From Octopus sinensis (taxonomy: Eukaryota): a stretch of DNA of 20,931 bases. Below are positions 1-9,200 of the stretch, one piece after another (position 1 is the first letter of the stretch; the number at the start of each line of letters is the position of its first letter). Below the pieces are notes generated by a model. It was given only the letters and a program-made list of their open reading frames with translations, did no database searches and was not told where the DNA came from. Where the stretch lies: positions 1 through 20,931 of the forward strand of contig NW_021823677.1 of the NCBI RefSeq assembly GCF_006345805.1, in the 5' to 3' direction. Made by a program: the position numbers and the translations under genes.

Positions 1-140
1 ACCAATCTACCAAATCCACTCACAAGGCTTTGGTCGGCCCGAGGCTATAGTAGAAGACACTTGCCCAAGGTGCCACGCAGTGGGACTGAACCCGGAACCA
101 TGTGGTTGGTAAGCAAGCTACTTACCACACAACCACTACT
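1..140 (-). mobile_element. tRNA-derived SINE family A, head and central part (cut by window edge)
   Basis: Reverse complement of the family A head seen at 10998 and 18816 (tgtgtggtaagtagcttgcttaccaaccacatggttccgggttcagtcccactgcgtggcaccttgggcaagtgtcttctactatagcc); pol III A/B-box-like motifs. Confidence 0.9.
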
Positions 141-147
141 ACGCATC

Positions 148-223
<76 letters not shown>
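148..223. repeat. (ATT)n microsatellite
   Basis: Pure ATT run; source of the poly-I and poly-Y ORFs. Confidence 0.98.
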
Positions 224-224
<1 letters not shown>

Positions 225-619
225 CACATTTTACTTCGTTCCCTCCAATTATCATTTTTGTATATATTTTATCACTTCATTGTATTTTATATATATTTAT
301 GGTCATATTTATCTCTCTATATCTGGCATGGAAACGAAAAATGGGTGCTTTAAAAAAAGATGATTGAGAGATCCATATTGTTGTTAATTATTGTTTATAA
401 CAGCTACGAGTTTAGTCTAAAACGGTTCATCGCTCGATGTCTGATGAGGCAGATTCGCGGAGTTTAAGTAGCTGTTCACTCGTATTCGGCTGACTTGGAA
501 TAAATCGTGTTCCACTCTATAGACACGTAGTGAATATTACGTTTTTTTTTTTTTTTTTGCTTAGTTGCAGACATGTAGAGGAATACTTTCCATTCAATTA
601 GTTCAGCGCTCGAGCGCCC

Positions 620-791
620 AGCACACGCGTATACACACACAGACACACACACATGCACACACACTCATACATGCACACAGACACAGACACAGACACAAAC
701 ATACACACACACAGACGCACGCACAGACATGCATAAATTATACATAAATATATATGCTTGTATATGAATGCTCACACATACACACACACAC
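620..791. repeat. Degenerate (CA)n-rich microsatellite
   Basis: CA/CAGA/CATA mosaic read directly. Confidence 0.95.
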
Positions 792-1005
792 TTTTGCTCA
801 CTGTTCCCAGGGTTCTGACAATTATTGGTACTACTGCTACCTTTTTCATCGACCACAACTGCTTAACTTCCCAAGCTAACCTACCATATTTGTCGACTTC
901 TTTCTTCCTTATCGCATACCTTGTTGTCAGCTGGGCAAGCTACATCTATGATCCAGCATAGTTTGTTTTCTATCTCAATTAAGACTATGTCTGGCTATGT
1001 CCGGC
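791..1005 (-). pseudogene. Fragment of restriction-like endonuclease (RLE, PD-(D/E)xK) domain of an R4/Dong-like non-LTR retrotransposon
   Basis: Manual minus-strand translation: PDIVLIEIENKLCWIIDVACPADNKVCDKEE, frameshift near 897-902, then VDKYGRLAWEVKQLWSMKKVAVVPIIVRTLGTVSKS. This matches the PD..IIDV..P...KE.EK..KY..L..E...LW....VVPI...LG pattern of RLE-clade LINEs. Not in the ORF track because of the frameshift. Confidence 0.85.
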
Positions 1006-1054
<49 letters not shown>

Positions 1055-1098
1055 TTATTATTATTATATTCATTATCATTATTATTATCATTATTATT
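1006..1098. repeat. (ATT)n microsatellite abutting the 5' junction of the RLE fragment
   Basis: ATT run with ATC variants. Confidence 0.97.
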
Positions 1099-1140
1099 AG
1101 CAACCAAGTAATATATTTTATGCCATCTTCTTTAATTCCC

Positions 1141-1164
1141 TATATTATATATATACATATATAC

Positions 1165-1196
<32 letters not shown>

Positions 1197-1300
1197 ATAT
1201 ATATAATATATATATATATAATATATTATATATATATAGAGAGAGAGAGAGAGAGATGTATGTATATAGTATATATGTATGTATATGTATATATATGTAT
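1141..1300. repeat. Compound (TA)/(TG)/(GA) microsatellite
   Basis: Read directly. Confidence 0.95.
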
Positions 1301-1304
1301 ACAT

Positions 1305-1585
1305 GTGGAGGCACATGGCCTAGTGGTTAGAGCGGCGTACTCGCAATCGAGGGATCGTGGGTTAGAATCTCAGACGGGACGATGTGTGTGTTTATGGGCG
1401 AAACACGGCTCCGGCTGAAGGTAATGGCGAACTTCTGTTGATTCTTTCGCCACAACTTTCACTCTTTCTTCTACATCTTGCAGATCACCTGCGACGGACC
1501 GGAGTCCCGTCCATGTGGGGAGACTATACGCCAAGGAAACCGGCGCTAATGAGCCAGGCGTGGCTCGAGAAGGAACAAACAACAA
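1305..1585 (+). mobile_element. tRNA-derived SINE family B
   Basis: A box tggcctagtgg (1316-1326), B-box-like ggttagaatct (1360-1370), non-tRNA body, (aac)-type tail aggaacaaacaacaa. Confidence 0.85.
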
Positions 1586-1699
1586 TATATATATATATAT
1601 TATGTATATTATATATATATATAGTATATATATATATATATATATATAATAATAATATATATATATATATAGATATATAGGGAGAATTCACAAAAAAAA

Positions 1700-1866
1700 C
1701 AACAAAAGACGAAGACACAGTGGTGTACAAAACAACAGATGTATTAGTATAACGCTCGGGAAGGGAAAAAGTCTCTAACGTTTCGAGTCTACCATCTTCC
1801 ACAGAAAGTAACACAAAAAAAGAAACAAGGATAGAAAATAAAGAATGTGCAGTGGCTAGCGATCTA
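1700..1866 (-). mobile_element. Probable Penelope-like pseudo-LTR-derived repeat with degenerate HHR motif (left copy)
   Basis: Inverted homologue of 2321-2505. Minus strand of 1773-1808 reads CUUU-CUGUGGA-A-GAUGGUAGACUC-GAAAC-GUU-AGAG. Confidence 0.65.
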
Positions 1867-2320
1867 TCACACACAGACACAACACACACACACACACACA
1901 CACACATACACACACACACACACAAATAAAAACACACACACACACGCACACACACGCAACACAACACACACACATATATGTATATATATACATATGAATG
2001 TCTATGAGGTTTACTTCTTTTGAAGTGTAAAGGTGCTTTTTAAAAGAATTATTTATTAAAAAAATGTTATGAAATATTTTATTAGGATGTCACTAACGTT
2101 TTTTGGGATGAAGATTATATATATTTGCATACATGTATAGAATATACAGATCTAATGTGTTTGTGTGTGTGTTTATATATAAATGCTTCTTTATGTAGCA
2201 GCGGACCTAATATGGAGATTGAAAGCGGATGGCATAAAATACATTATTACTTGGTCAATAACAATAAAACGAAATGCTCACCAGTATGATACGTTTTATA
2301 GATATTTATTCTTTCATTTA

Positions 2321-2505
2321 CTAGATCGCTAGCCACTATTACTTTTTCTATTTTCTCTCCCTGTTTATTTCTGTCTATTAGGTTTCGAGCCTACGCTCTT
2401 CAACAGAAAGCTGTCAAAGAGCGTAGGCTCGAAACATAAAAGACTTTCTCACTTCCCGCGCGTTAAACTAATACATCTGTTTGTTGTTTACCCAACCGTC
2501 TTTGG
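2321..2505 (+). mobile_element. Same HHR-bearing repeat (right copy) with an internal fold-back insertion
   Basis: tagatcgctagccact and aactaatacatctgtttgttgttta are reverse complements of the 1700-1866 copy; contains the 2382-2435 palindrome. Confidence 0.7.
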
Positions 2506-2561
2506 CATCTGATGTGGCTTTTTAAACCAGATAATATTCTGAAAAGACACCCACATAGATT

Positions 2562-3177
2562 TCACATCCGATTTGGACCACCAAGAGCTACAGATAAGTT
2601 CTGATCTGTGTGGATCTTAAAATGTCTTTTGAGGCCTCCGTTAGATTTACAAACCTGGCGTACACTGCATTCAAAGGTGTGCACAGGCATATAGGCAGAA
2701 TAGTTGGTGGAGGTTTGTTTTCCATGAGTTCGCAAATGAGATCTGATCCCGGCAAAAGAAAGGCATGGTCTGTCACACACTGTGCACACAAAAAGGTCCT
2801 TGTGATTCACCTTCTCGATCGAAATATTCTTTTATAGATCTCTTTTGAGTCTTGCTTGTGTTATCCGGGCCTCTTCAAATGCTTTCACTCCACTCCACAC
2901 TTTTGTTTGCCATCCAGCTCGATCCGAAGCAAGGGTTTCGATGTATTCTGGATACATTTCAAGTGACTTCACAGTAATCCTTATGCCGTCCTTAAACGTT
3001 TTTTTTTAGGTTTACGCCGATAGCATTTCCCCTCTGCAAGCTCATTGGAAAACTGCTGTCTCGGCATGCGTTCATCCGCCATTGGAACAATATGGCCACA
3101 GCATCTCATTTGGGTTGTCAAAACCATAGCTTTAATTGAGGTGATGCCTGCAAATACAAGGACATCTGTGTTTGGAG
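2562..3177 (-). pseudogene. 5'-truncated RTE-clade LINE ORF C-terminus (RT C-terminal region plus two C2H2 fingers), decayed
   Basis: Manual translation: PNTDVLVFAGITSIKAMVLTTQMRCCGHIVPMADERMPRQQFSNELAEGKCYRRKPKK, frameshift near the T-run at 2999-3007, KDGIRITVKSLEMYPEYIETLASDRAGWQTKVWSGVKAFEEAR, in-frame TAA at 2832-2834, then CTVCDRPCLSFAGIRSHLRTH. Resembles the RTE/BovB C-terminal pattern (RWxGHVxRMxDxRxPK...GKRxxGRPKKRxKD...LAxDRxxW...CxxC...GLxSHxRxH). Confidence 0.88.
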
Positions 3178-3355
3178 TAAAATTAATTATATATATATAA
3201 AATAGATTAAAAAAGTGATGTGAAAGAGTAGATGTTTATCATATACACCCATGCATACATCCATATACGTACATACCGTACAAGTTAATCGATCAAAATA
3301 TTCGAACAGTATATATAATTTTTATTGGAGAGTAATATATAAGATATCTACCTGA

Positions 3356-3383
3356 CTGTCTGTCTGCCTGGCTGGCTGGCTGG

Positions 3384-3463
<80 letters not shown>

Positions 3464-3486
3464 TTATTTATCTATCTATCTATCTA

Positions 3487-3572
<86 letters not shown>

Positions 3573-3604
3573 CACAAATATCTATCTATCTATCTATCTA
3601 TCTA

Positions 3605-3660
<56 letters not shown>
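3356..3660. repeat. (TATC)n tetranucleotide tract preceded by (CTGT)/(CTGG)
   Basis: Read directly. Confidence 0.97.
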
Positions 3661-3992
3661 AGACACACACCTTCTCACACATCCACGCACTCTTTCTCAA
3701 TCTCAACCACCTCTTTCTCCCTTTCTCTCCCTCTCTCTCCCTCTCTCTCCTCTCTCCCCTTCCTCTCTCTCTGCCTCACTCACTGCTGCCTATCCATAGC
3801 TCCTTAATTATATCGAAATATCCACATCCTCAAGTTATTTACCGTAAGGTTCATCTAAACGAATTAACAGGTTTCCTTTGTGTTTCATCGTTTCATCCTC
3901 AATAAAGGTCGCGTTATTCAAGTAATGAGCAGGACTTGAAGAGACTTCATAACTTCATAACGTTCCTTGTCCATAGTGGAAGGTTATAGGAT

Positions 3993-4265
3993 GCCACCAC
4001 CACTACCACCACCATCCCACCCACCACCACCACCACCACCACCACCACTACCACTACCACCACCACCACAGCCACCACCACCACCACCACTACCACTACC
4101 ACTACCACCACCACCACCACCACCACCACCATCACCACCACCACCACCACCACTACCACATCCACCACCACCACCACTACCACCTCCACTATCACCACCA
4201 TCACCACCACCACCACCACCACCACCCACCACAACCACCACTACCACCGCCACTAACACCACCAT
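3993..4265. repeat. (CCA)n/(CTA) microsatellite
   Basis: Source of the poly-P, poly-V and poly-G ORFs at 3947-4295. Confidence 0.97.
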
Positions 4266-4308
4266 CAGCAGTAGCAACGTTATGTAGTGAAGCACTTATT
4301 GTTATCAC

Positions 4309-4539
4309 CTTGGCAAGCTAGCAGAAACGTTAGCACGCCGGGCGAAATGCGTAACCGTATTTCGTCAGTCGTTACGTTCTGAGTTCAAATTCCGCCGAGG
4401 TCGACTTTGCCTTTCATCCTTTCGAGGTCGATAAATAAAGTACCAGTTTCCAACTGGGGTCGATGTAATCGACTTAATCCGTTTGTCTGTTCTTGTTTCT
4501 CCCCTCTATGTTTAGCCCCTTGTGGGCAGTAAAGAAATA
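4309..4539 (+). mobile_element. tRNA-derived SINE family C, full length, with ~15-bp target-site duplication
   Basis: B box gagttcaaattcc; central gcctttcatcctttcgaggtcgataaa motif (resembles the Meta/MESC SINE domain as I recall it); tail gtaaagaaata; flanks cacttattgttatca (4293-4307) and cacttattattgttatca (4540-4557). Confidence 0.92.
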
Positions 4540-4635
4540 CACTTATTATTGTTATCATCATCATCATTATTATTATTATTATTATTATTGTTGTTGTTGT
4601 TGTTGTTGTTGTTGTTATTATTATTATCGTAGTTT

Positions 4636-4857
4636 AAGGCGGTCAGCTAGCAGTATCGTTAGCAAGTCGGATGAAATGCTCAGCGTCAGTTCTTCCGGCT
4701 CTTTACATTTTGAGATCAAATTGTACCGAGATTAAATTAGTCTTTCATCTTTTCGGGGGTCGATAAAATAAATACCAATCGACCATAGCAAACATACCCC
4801 CACCCCCACACCTCTCCCCCTAAAAAACTGATGAACTTGTGCGAAGATTTGAAATAC
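4636..4857 (+). mobile_element. Diverged SINE family C copy with a different tail
   Basis: aaggcggtcagctagcagtatcgttagc head, gagatcaaatt B-box remnant, ctttcatcttttcgggggtcgataaaataaatacc central domain. Confidence 0.75.
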
Positions 4858-5078
4858 TTTTAATTCTTGCTCCCGTCCAGCTCATCCCTGATCTTGCTGA
4901 TCCCCTATGATGAAAGTTTTCGTTGCTGTTTAGCCCTAGGACAGGCTTCATCTTACCGCCCTATGATCAATGTTATCTCTGGCCAGAAGAAACATCAAAT
5001 ACAGTTCAGCAAGGAACTGCGATGGCATCAACAAAAGCAGGAAGAATACAACGACAACAACAACAACAACAAATTATT

Positions 5079-5139
5079 GGGGATGTAAACACACCAACAT
5101 CGGTTGTCAAGCGATGATGGGGGGATAAACTGTCACACA

Positions 5140-5142
<3 letters not shown>
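5079..5142 (-). mobile_element. SINE family A 3' fragment (left part of a split copy)
   Basis: ggggatgtaaacacaccaacatcggttgtcaagcgatg is the reverse complement of the family A segment catcgcttgacaac..ggtgtgtttacgtcccc at ~19040-19078. Confidence 0.85.
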
Positions 5143-5170
<28 letters not shown>

Positions 5171-5218
5171 GGTGTGTGTGTGTGTGTGTGTGTTGTGTGT
5201 GTGTATGTGCATGTGTGT

Positions 5219-5554
5219 GTGAAGGTACATGGCTCAGTGGTTACAGCGTCGAGCTTACGATCATGAGGTTGTGTGCTCGAATACCGGTCCGGGCTGCGTA
5301 TTGTGTTCTTGAGCAAGACACTTTATTTCACGTTGCTCCAGTTCACTCAGCTGTAGAAATGAGTTGCGACGTCACAGGTGCCAAGCTGTATCACCCTTTG
5401 CCTTTCCCTTGGATAACATCAGTGGTGTGGAGAGGGGAGGCCGGTATGCATGGGTGACTGCTGGTCTTCCATAAACAACCTTGCCCAGACTTGTACCTCG
5501 GAGGGTAACTTTCAAGGTGCAATCCCATGGTCATTCATGACCGAAGGGGGTCTC
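5219..5554 (+). mobile_element. tRNA-derived SINE family D
   Basis: A box tggctcagtgg (5230-5240), degenerate B box gctcgaatacc, central tgtgttcttgagcaagacactttatttcacgttgctccagttcactcagctgtagaaatg (CORE/V-like domain by recollection). Confidence 0.85.
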
Positions 5555-5574
5555 AGCATATATATATATATATA

Positions 5575-5732
5575 CCAGGCTTCTTTGAGTTTCTGTCTAC
5601 CAAATCCACTCACAAGTCTTTGGTCGGTCCGAGGCTATAGCAGAAGGCACTTGCCCAAGTTCCCACACTGTGAGACTGAACCCGGATTATGTAGCTGGTA
5701 AGCAAGCTACTTACCACACATTCATTTCTGCA

Positions 5733-5735
<3 letters not shown>
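5575..5735 (-). mobile_element. SINE family A head (right part of the split copy)
   Basis: ctaccaaatccactcacaag...ttgcccaag...gactgaacccgg...agcaagctacttaccacaca matches 1-140. Confidence 0.9.
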
Positions 5736-5819
<84 letters not shown>

Positions 5820-5837
5820 TATATATATATATATATA
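5736..5837. repeat. (TA)n microsatellite
   Basis: Read directly. Confidence 0.98.
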
Positions 5838-5854
5838 ATGTATAAAATAATAAT

Positions 5855-6587
5855 AATATAAGAGAGTGGTCACTATGTGGCTCACTCTAGCACTAGTAAA
5901 TCCAAAAGGTTTCAACCACACAAAATACATGTTTCCCATGAAAGTCAGTACGATTGTTAGCTCACACGAACAGGGCAAATAAAAAACAACAAAAATACAG
6001 ATTATTTTGGGACAATTGTTTCGCTATTAATGAATTAAATGTAATTTTACTCACAAAAAACTCACTTGTAGCTCCTCAGCCAAAACTATCTGGATTAAAT
6101 CCACTCAATCACACGCCAGATTTTACCATAACGATAAATACACGTGTGGTTCAATTGATTACATCCGACGTTATAATTCAAATGCCCCTACCAACAGCGC
6201 ACCAAACTTTCACGGAAACAAATACTACATTTAGAAATAAATGTAGCATAATTATAATTAATTAATAAGGGTGAGAGAATTAGATACTAATTTAATAGTA
6301 TATCTATTCAACACCAAGTGGCCCAGTGCCTCGAGAAACCTGGATTATTATAATATTTTATGACATATAATATTTTATACAAAAATAAATATAAGAGAGT
6401 GGTCACTATGTGGCTCACTCTAGCACTAGTAAATCCAAAAGGTTTCAACCACAAAAATACATGTTTCCCATGAAAGTCAGTACGATTGTTAGCTCACACG
6501 AACAGGGCAAATAATAAACAACAAAAATACAGATTATTTTGGGACAATTGTTTCGCTATTAATGAATTAAATGTAATTTTACTCACA
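5855..6587 (-). mobile_element. Partial-tandem HHR-bearing repeat (retrozyme-like or Penelope pseudo-LTR-derived): 532-nt unit plus 5'-truncated second copy
   Basis: Direct repeat 5855-6055 vs 6388-6587 differing by one indel and one substitution; HHR spans the repeat boundary; no coding capacity on the ribozyme sense strand that I recognise. Confidence 0.8.
6005..6085 (-). ncRNA. Type I hammerhead ribozyme, canonical core
   Basis: Minus strand: UUUUGG-CUGAGGA-GCUA-(42 nt)-UAGC-GAAA-CAAUUGU-C-CCAAAA. 6-bp stem I, CUGANGA and GAAA intact, G10.1-C11.1 pair, palindromic loopless stem III ACAAUUGU, GUC triplet; predicted cut between 6011 and 6010. Confidence 0.9.
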
Positions 6588-6671
6588 TAATATATATATA
6601 TATATATATACGGAGAGAGAGAGAGAGAAAGTGAGAGCTAAATAGATAGAGATAGATAAATAGATAGATAG

Positions 6672-6702
<31 letters not shown>

Positions 6703-6986
6703 CATACATACGTTTGTGATTGTGCACACATACCACACACACACACACACGCACCTATTCACACAGACACGCACATATGACAGCTTGCATTCCTTATGTC
6801 ATGTTCTGTAAATAACAGAAATTGAAAAGACCCACCACCACCACCACCACCTGCCTCTCCACTTCTCCCTCATCCCATTCCGCCGCGAGCTTCCCCCACT
6901 CGCCATCCGTTTGTCACGTGTTGCGATATTTGCTGTAATATTTAGAGAAACTAATTTTCTGTCTCTTTCATAGTTTTCAAAACGCA

Positions 6987-7019
6987 ATGATAATAATAAT
7001 AATAATGATAATAATAATA

Positions 7020-7056
<37 letters not shown>

Positions 7057-7118
7057 TATAATATAATAATAATATTAATATATAGTAATAATAATAATGA
7101 TATAATGATAATAATAAT

Positions 7119-7152
<34 letters not shown>

Positions 7153-7203
7153 TAATAATAATGATAATAATAATAATAATGATAATAATACTAATATATG
7201 ATG

Positions 7204-7237
<34 letters not shown>

Positions 7238-7273
7238 GATAATAATAATATAATAATAATGATAATAATAATA

Positions 7274-7312
<39 letters not shown>

Positions 7313-7642
7313 TGATAATAATAATAATAATAATAAAATAATAATATTAATAATAATAATAATAATACTAATGATAATAAGAATAATAATAATAATAATA
7401 ATAATATTAATATAATAATAATAATATAATGATAATAATGATAATGATAAAATAGTAATAATAATAATAATAATAATATAATAATAATAATAAGATAATA
7501 ATGATAATAATAATAATGATGATAATAATAATATAATAATATAATAATAAAATAATAATAATAATAATATTAATAATAATATAATAATAATGATAATAAT
7601 GATAATAATAATATTAATAATAATCTAATAATAATAATAATA

Positions 7643-7690
<48 letters not shown>

Positions 7691-7700
7691 TGATAATATA

Positions 7701-7731
<31 letters not shown>

Positions 7732-7750
7732 AATAATAATAATAATAATG

Positions 7751-7783
<33 letters not shown>

Positions 7784-8059
7784 TATAATATTAATAATAA
7801 TAATAATAATATAATATAATAATAGTAATAGTAATAATAATAATATAATAATAATAATAAATAATAATATGATAATAATAATAATAATAATAATAATGAT
7901 GATAATAATAATAATAATAATAATATAATGATAATAATAATAATAATAATAATAATGATAATAATAATAATAATAATAATAATAAGATAATAATAATATA
8001 ATAATAGTAATAATAATAATAATAATAATAATGATAATAATATAATAATAATAATGATG

Positions 8060-8092
<33 letters not shown>

Positions 8093-8126
8093 TATAATAA
8101 TAATATAATAATAATAATGAATAATG

Positions 8127-8197
<71 letters not shown>

Positions 8198-8219
8198 TAA
8201 TATAATAATAATGATGATT
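6987..8219. repeat. ~1.2-kb degenerate (AAT)n/(GAT) microsatellite
   Basis: Read directly; source of the 208-aa I/Y/L ORF. Confidence 0.98.
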
Positions 8220-8337
8220 ACAACAACAACGAACAACATATATAAGTACATAACTGCATCATCGACAACTTATACTGTGAGAAATCCATAAATGAAATCT
8301 TGTAATCAATTTTGTGCATAAAATATATGAAACTTTC

Positions 8338-9200
8338 ATCATGATGTTGATGATGATGATGGTAGTGATGGCGGTAATTATGAAATGTGGTAATGGATTT
8401 TTATAATGATGATCATAATGATGATGATGGTGCTTGTGGTGGTGGTGGTGGTGGTGGTGGTGCTTGTGGTGAAGATGAACGGACTGTTGTAATGGTGGTG
8501 GTGTTCGTGTTGGTGGTGGTGCTGGTGGTTCTGGAGGTTGTGGTAGTGGTAGTGCTGGTGCTGTTCTTGTCGTTTGTGACGCTTGTGGTGGTAGTGGCGG
8601 TGGCGGTGGTTCTGGAGGTTGTGGTGGTGATGGTGGTGGTGGTGGTGGTGTTGTTGTTGTTTGTGGTGGTAGTGGCGATGGCAGTGGTTCTGAAGGTTGT
8701 AGTGGTGGTGGTAGTTGTGGTAGTGGTTGCTGTGGTGATTGTGGTGGTGGTGGTGGTGGTAGTTGTGGCGGTGGTTGCGGTGGTGGTACTGGTGTTGGTG
8801 GTTGTGGCACTTGTAGTGGTAGTGGCGGAGGTGGTGGTTCTGGAGGTTGTAGTGATGGTGGTTGCCGTGGTAATTGTGGTGGTAGTGGTGGCGGTGGCGG
8901 TGGCGGTGGTGATAGTACTATCATAGCGATGGTGGTGAGAGCAATGCTGCTGATGTTGATGCTGATGTTGATGGTGCTGTGGCGGTGGTCGTGGTGTTTG
9001 TCATGGTGGAACTGGTAGCGGTGATGGCTTTGGTGACAGGGATTGCGTTGCTGATGATTAAGATAATGATTATGATGCTTATGCTGTTGTCGATGATGAT
9101 GACGATGATGATAACAGTGATAGCGTTATAATGATGTAATGATAATAGCGGTTGTATTATAATGATGATGATGATAATGATGATGGTGATGTGGTGATGA
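8338..9200. repeat. Degenerate (GGT)n/(GAT)n tract with a recurring 17-bp motif
   Basis: Mostly single-base variants of GGT/GAT; gtggttctggaggttgt at 8525, 8606, 8684 (one mismatch) and 8834. Confidence 0.9.

Noticed and set aside
441-475. ctgatga as a hammerhead core
   Set aside because: No stem II followed by GAAA and no stem I or III pairing.
2562-2810. Host C2H2 zinc-finger gene
   Set aside because: In frame with upstream RTE reverse-transcriptase C-terminal sequence across a premature stop; it is a LINE remnant.
4828-4857. ctgatga...gaaa as a hammerhead
   Set aside because: No stem II pairing between the boxes; lies in a degenerate SINE C tail.
5954-6265. 103-aa plus-strand ORF as a protein
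   Set aside because: Antisense to the ribozyme unit, TTG start, no recognisable motif.
5855-6587. The 200-bp direct repeats as LTRs of an LTR retroelement (TRIM)
   Set aside because: No TG...CA termini on both ends, PBS, polypurine tract or TSD seen; the ribozyme crosses the repeat boundary, which fits a partial tandem.
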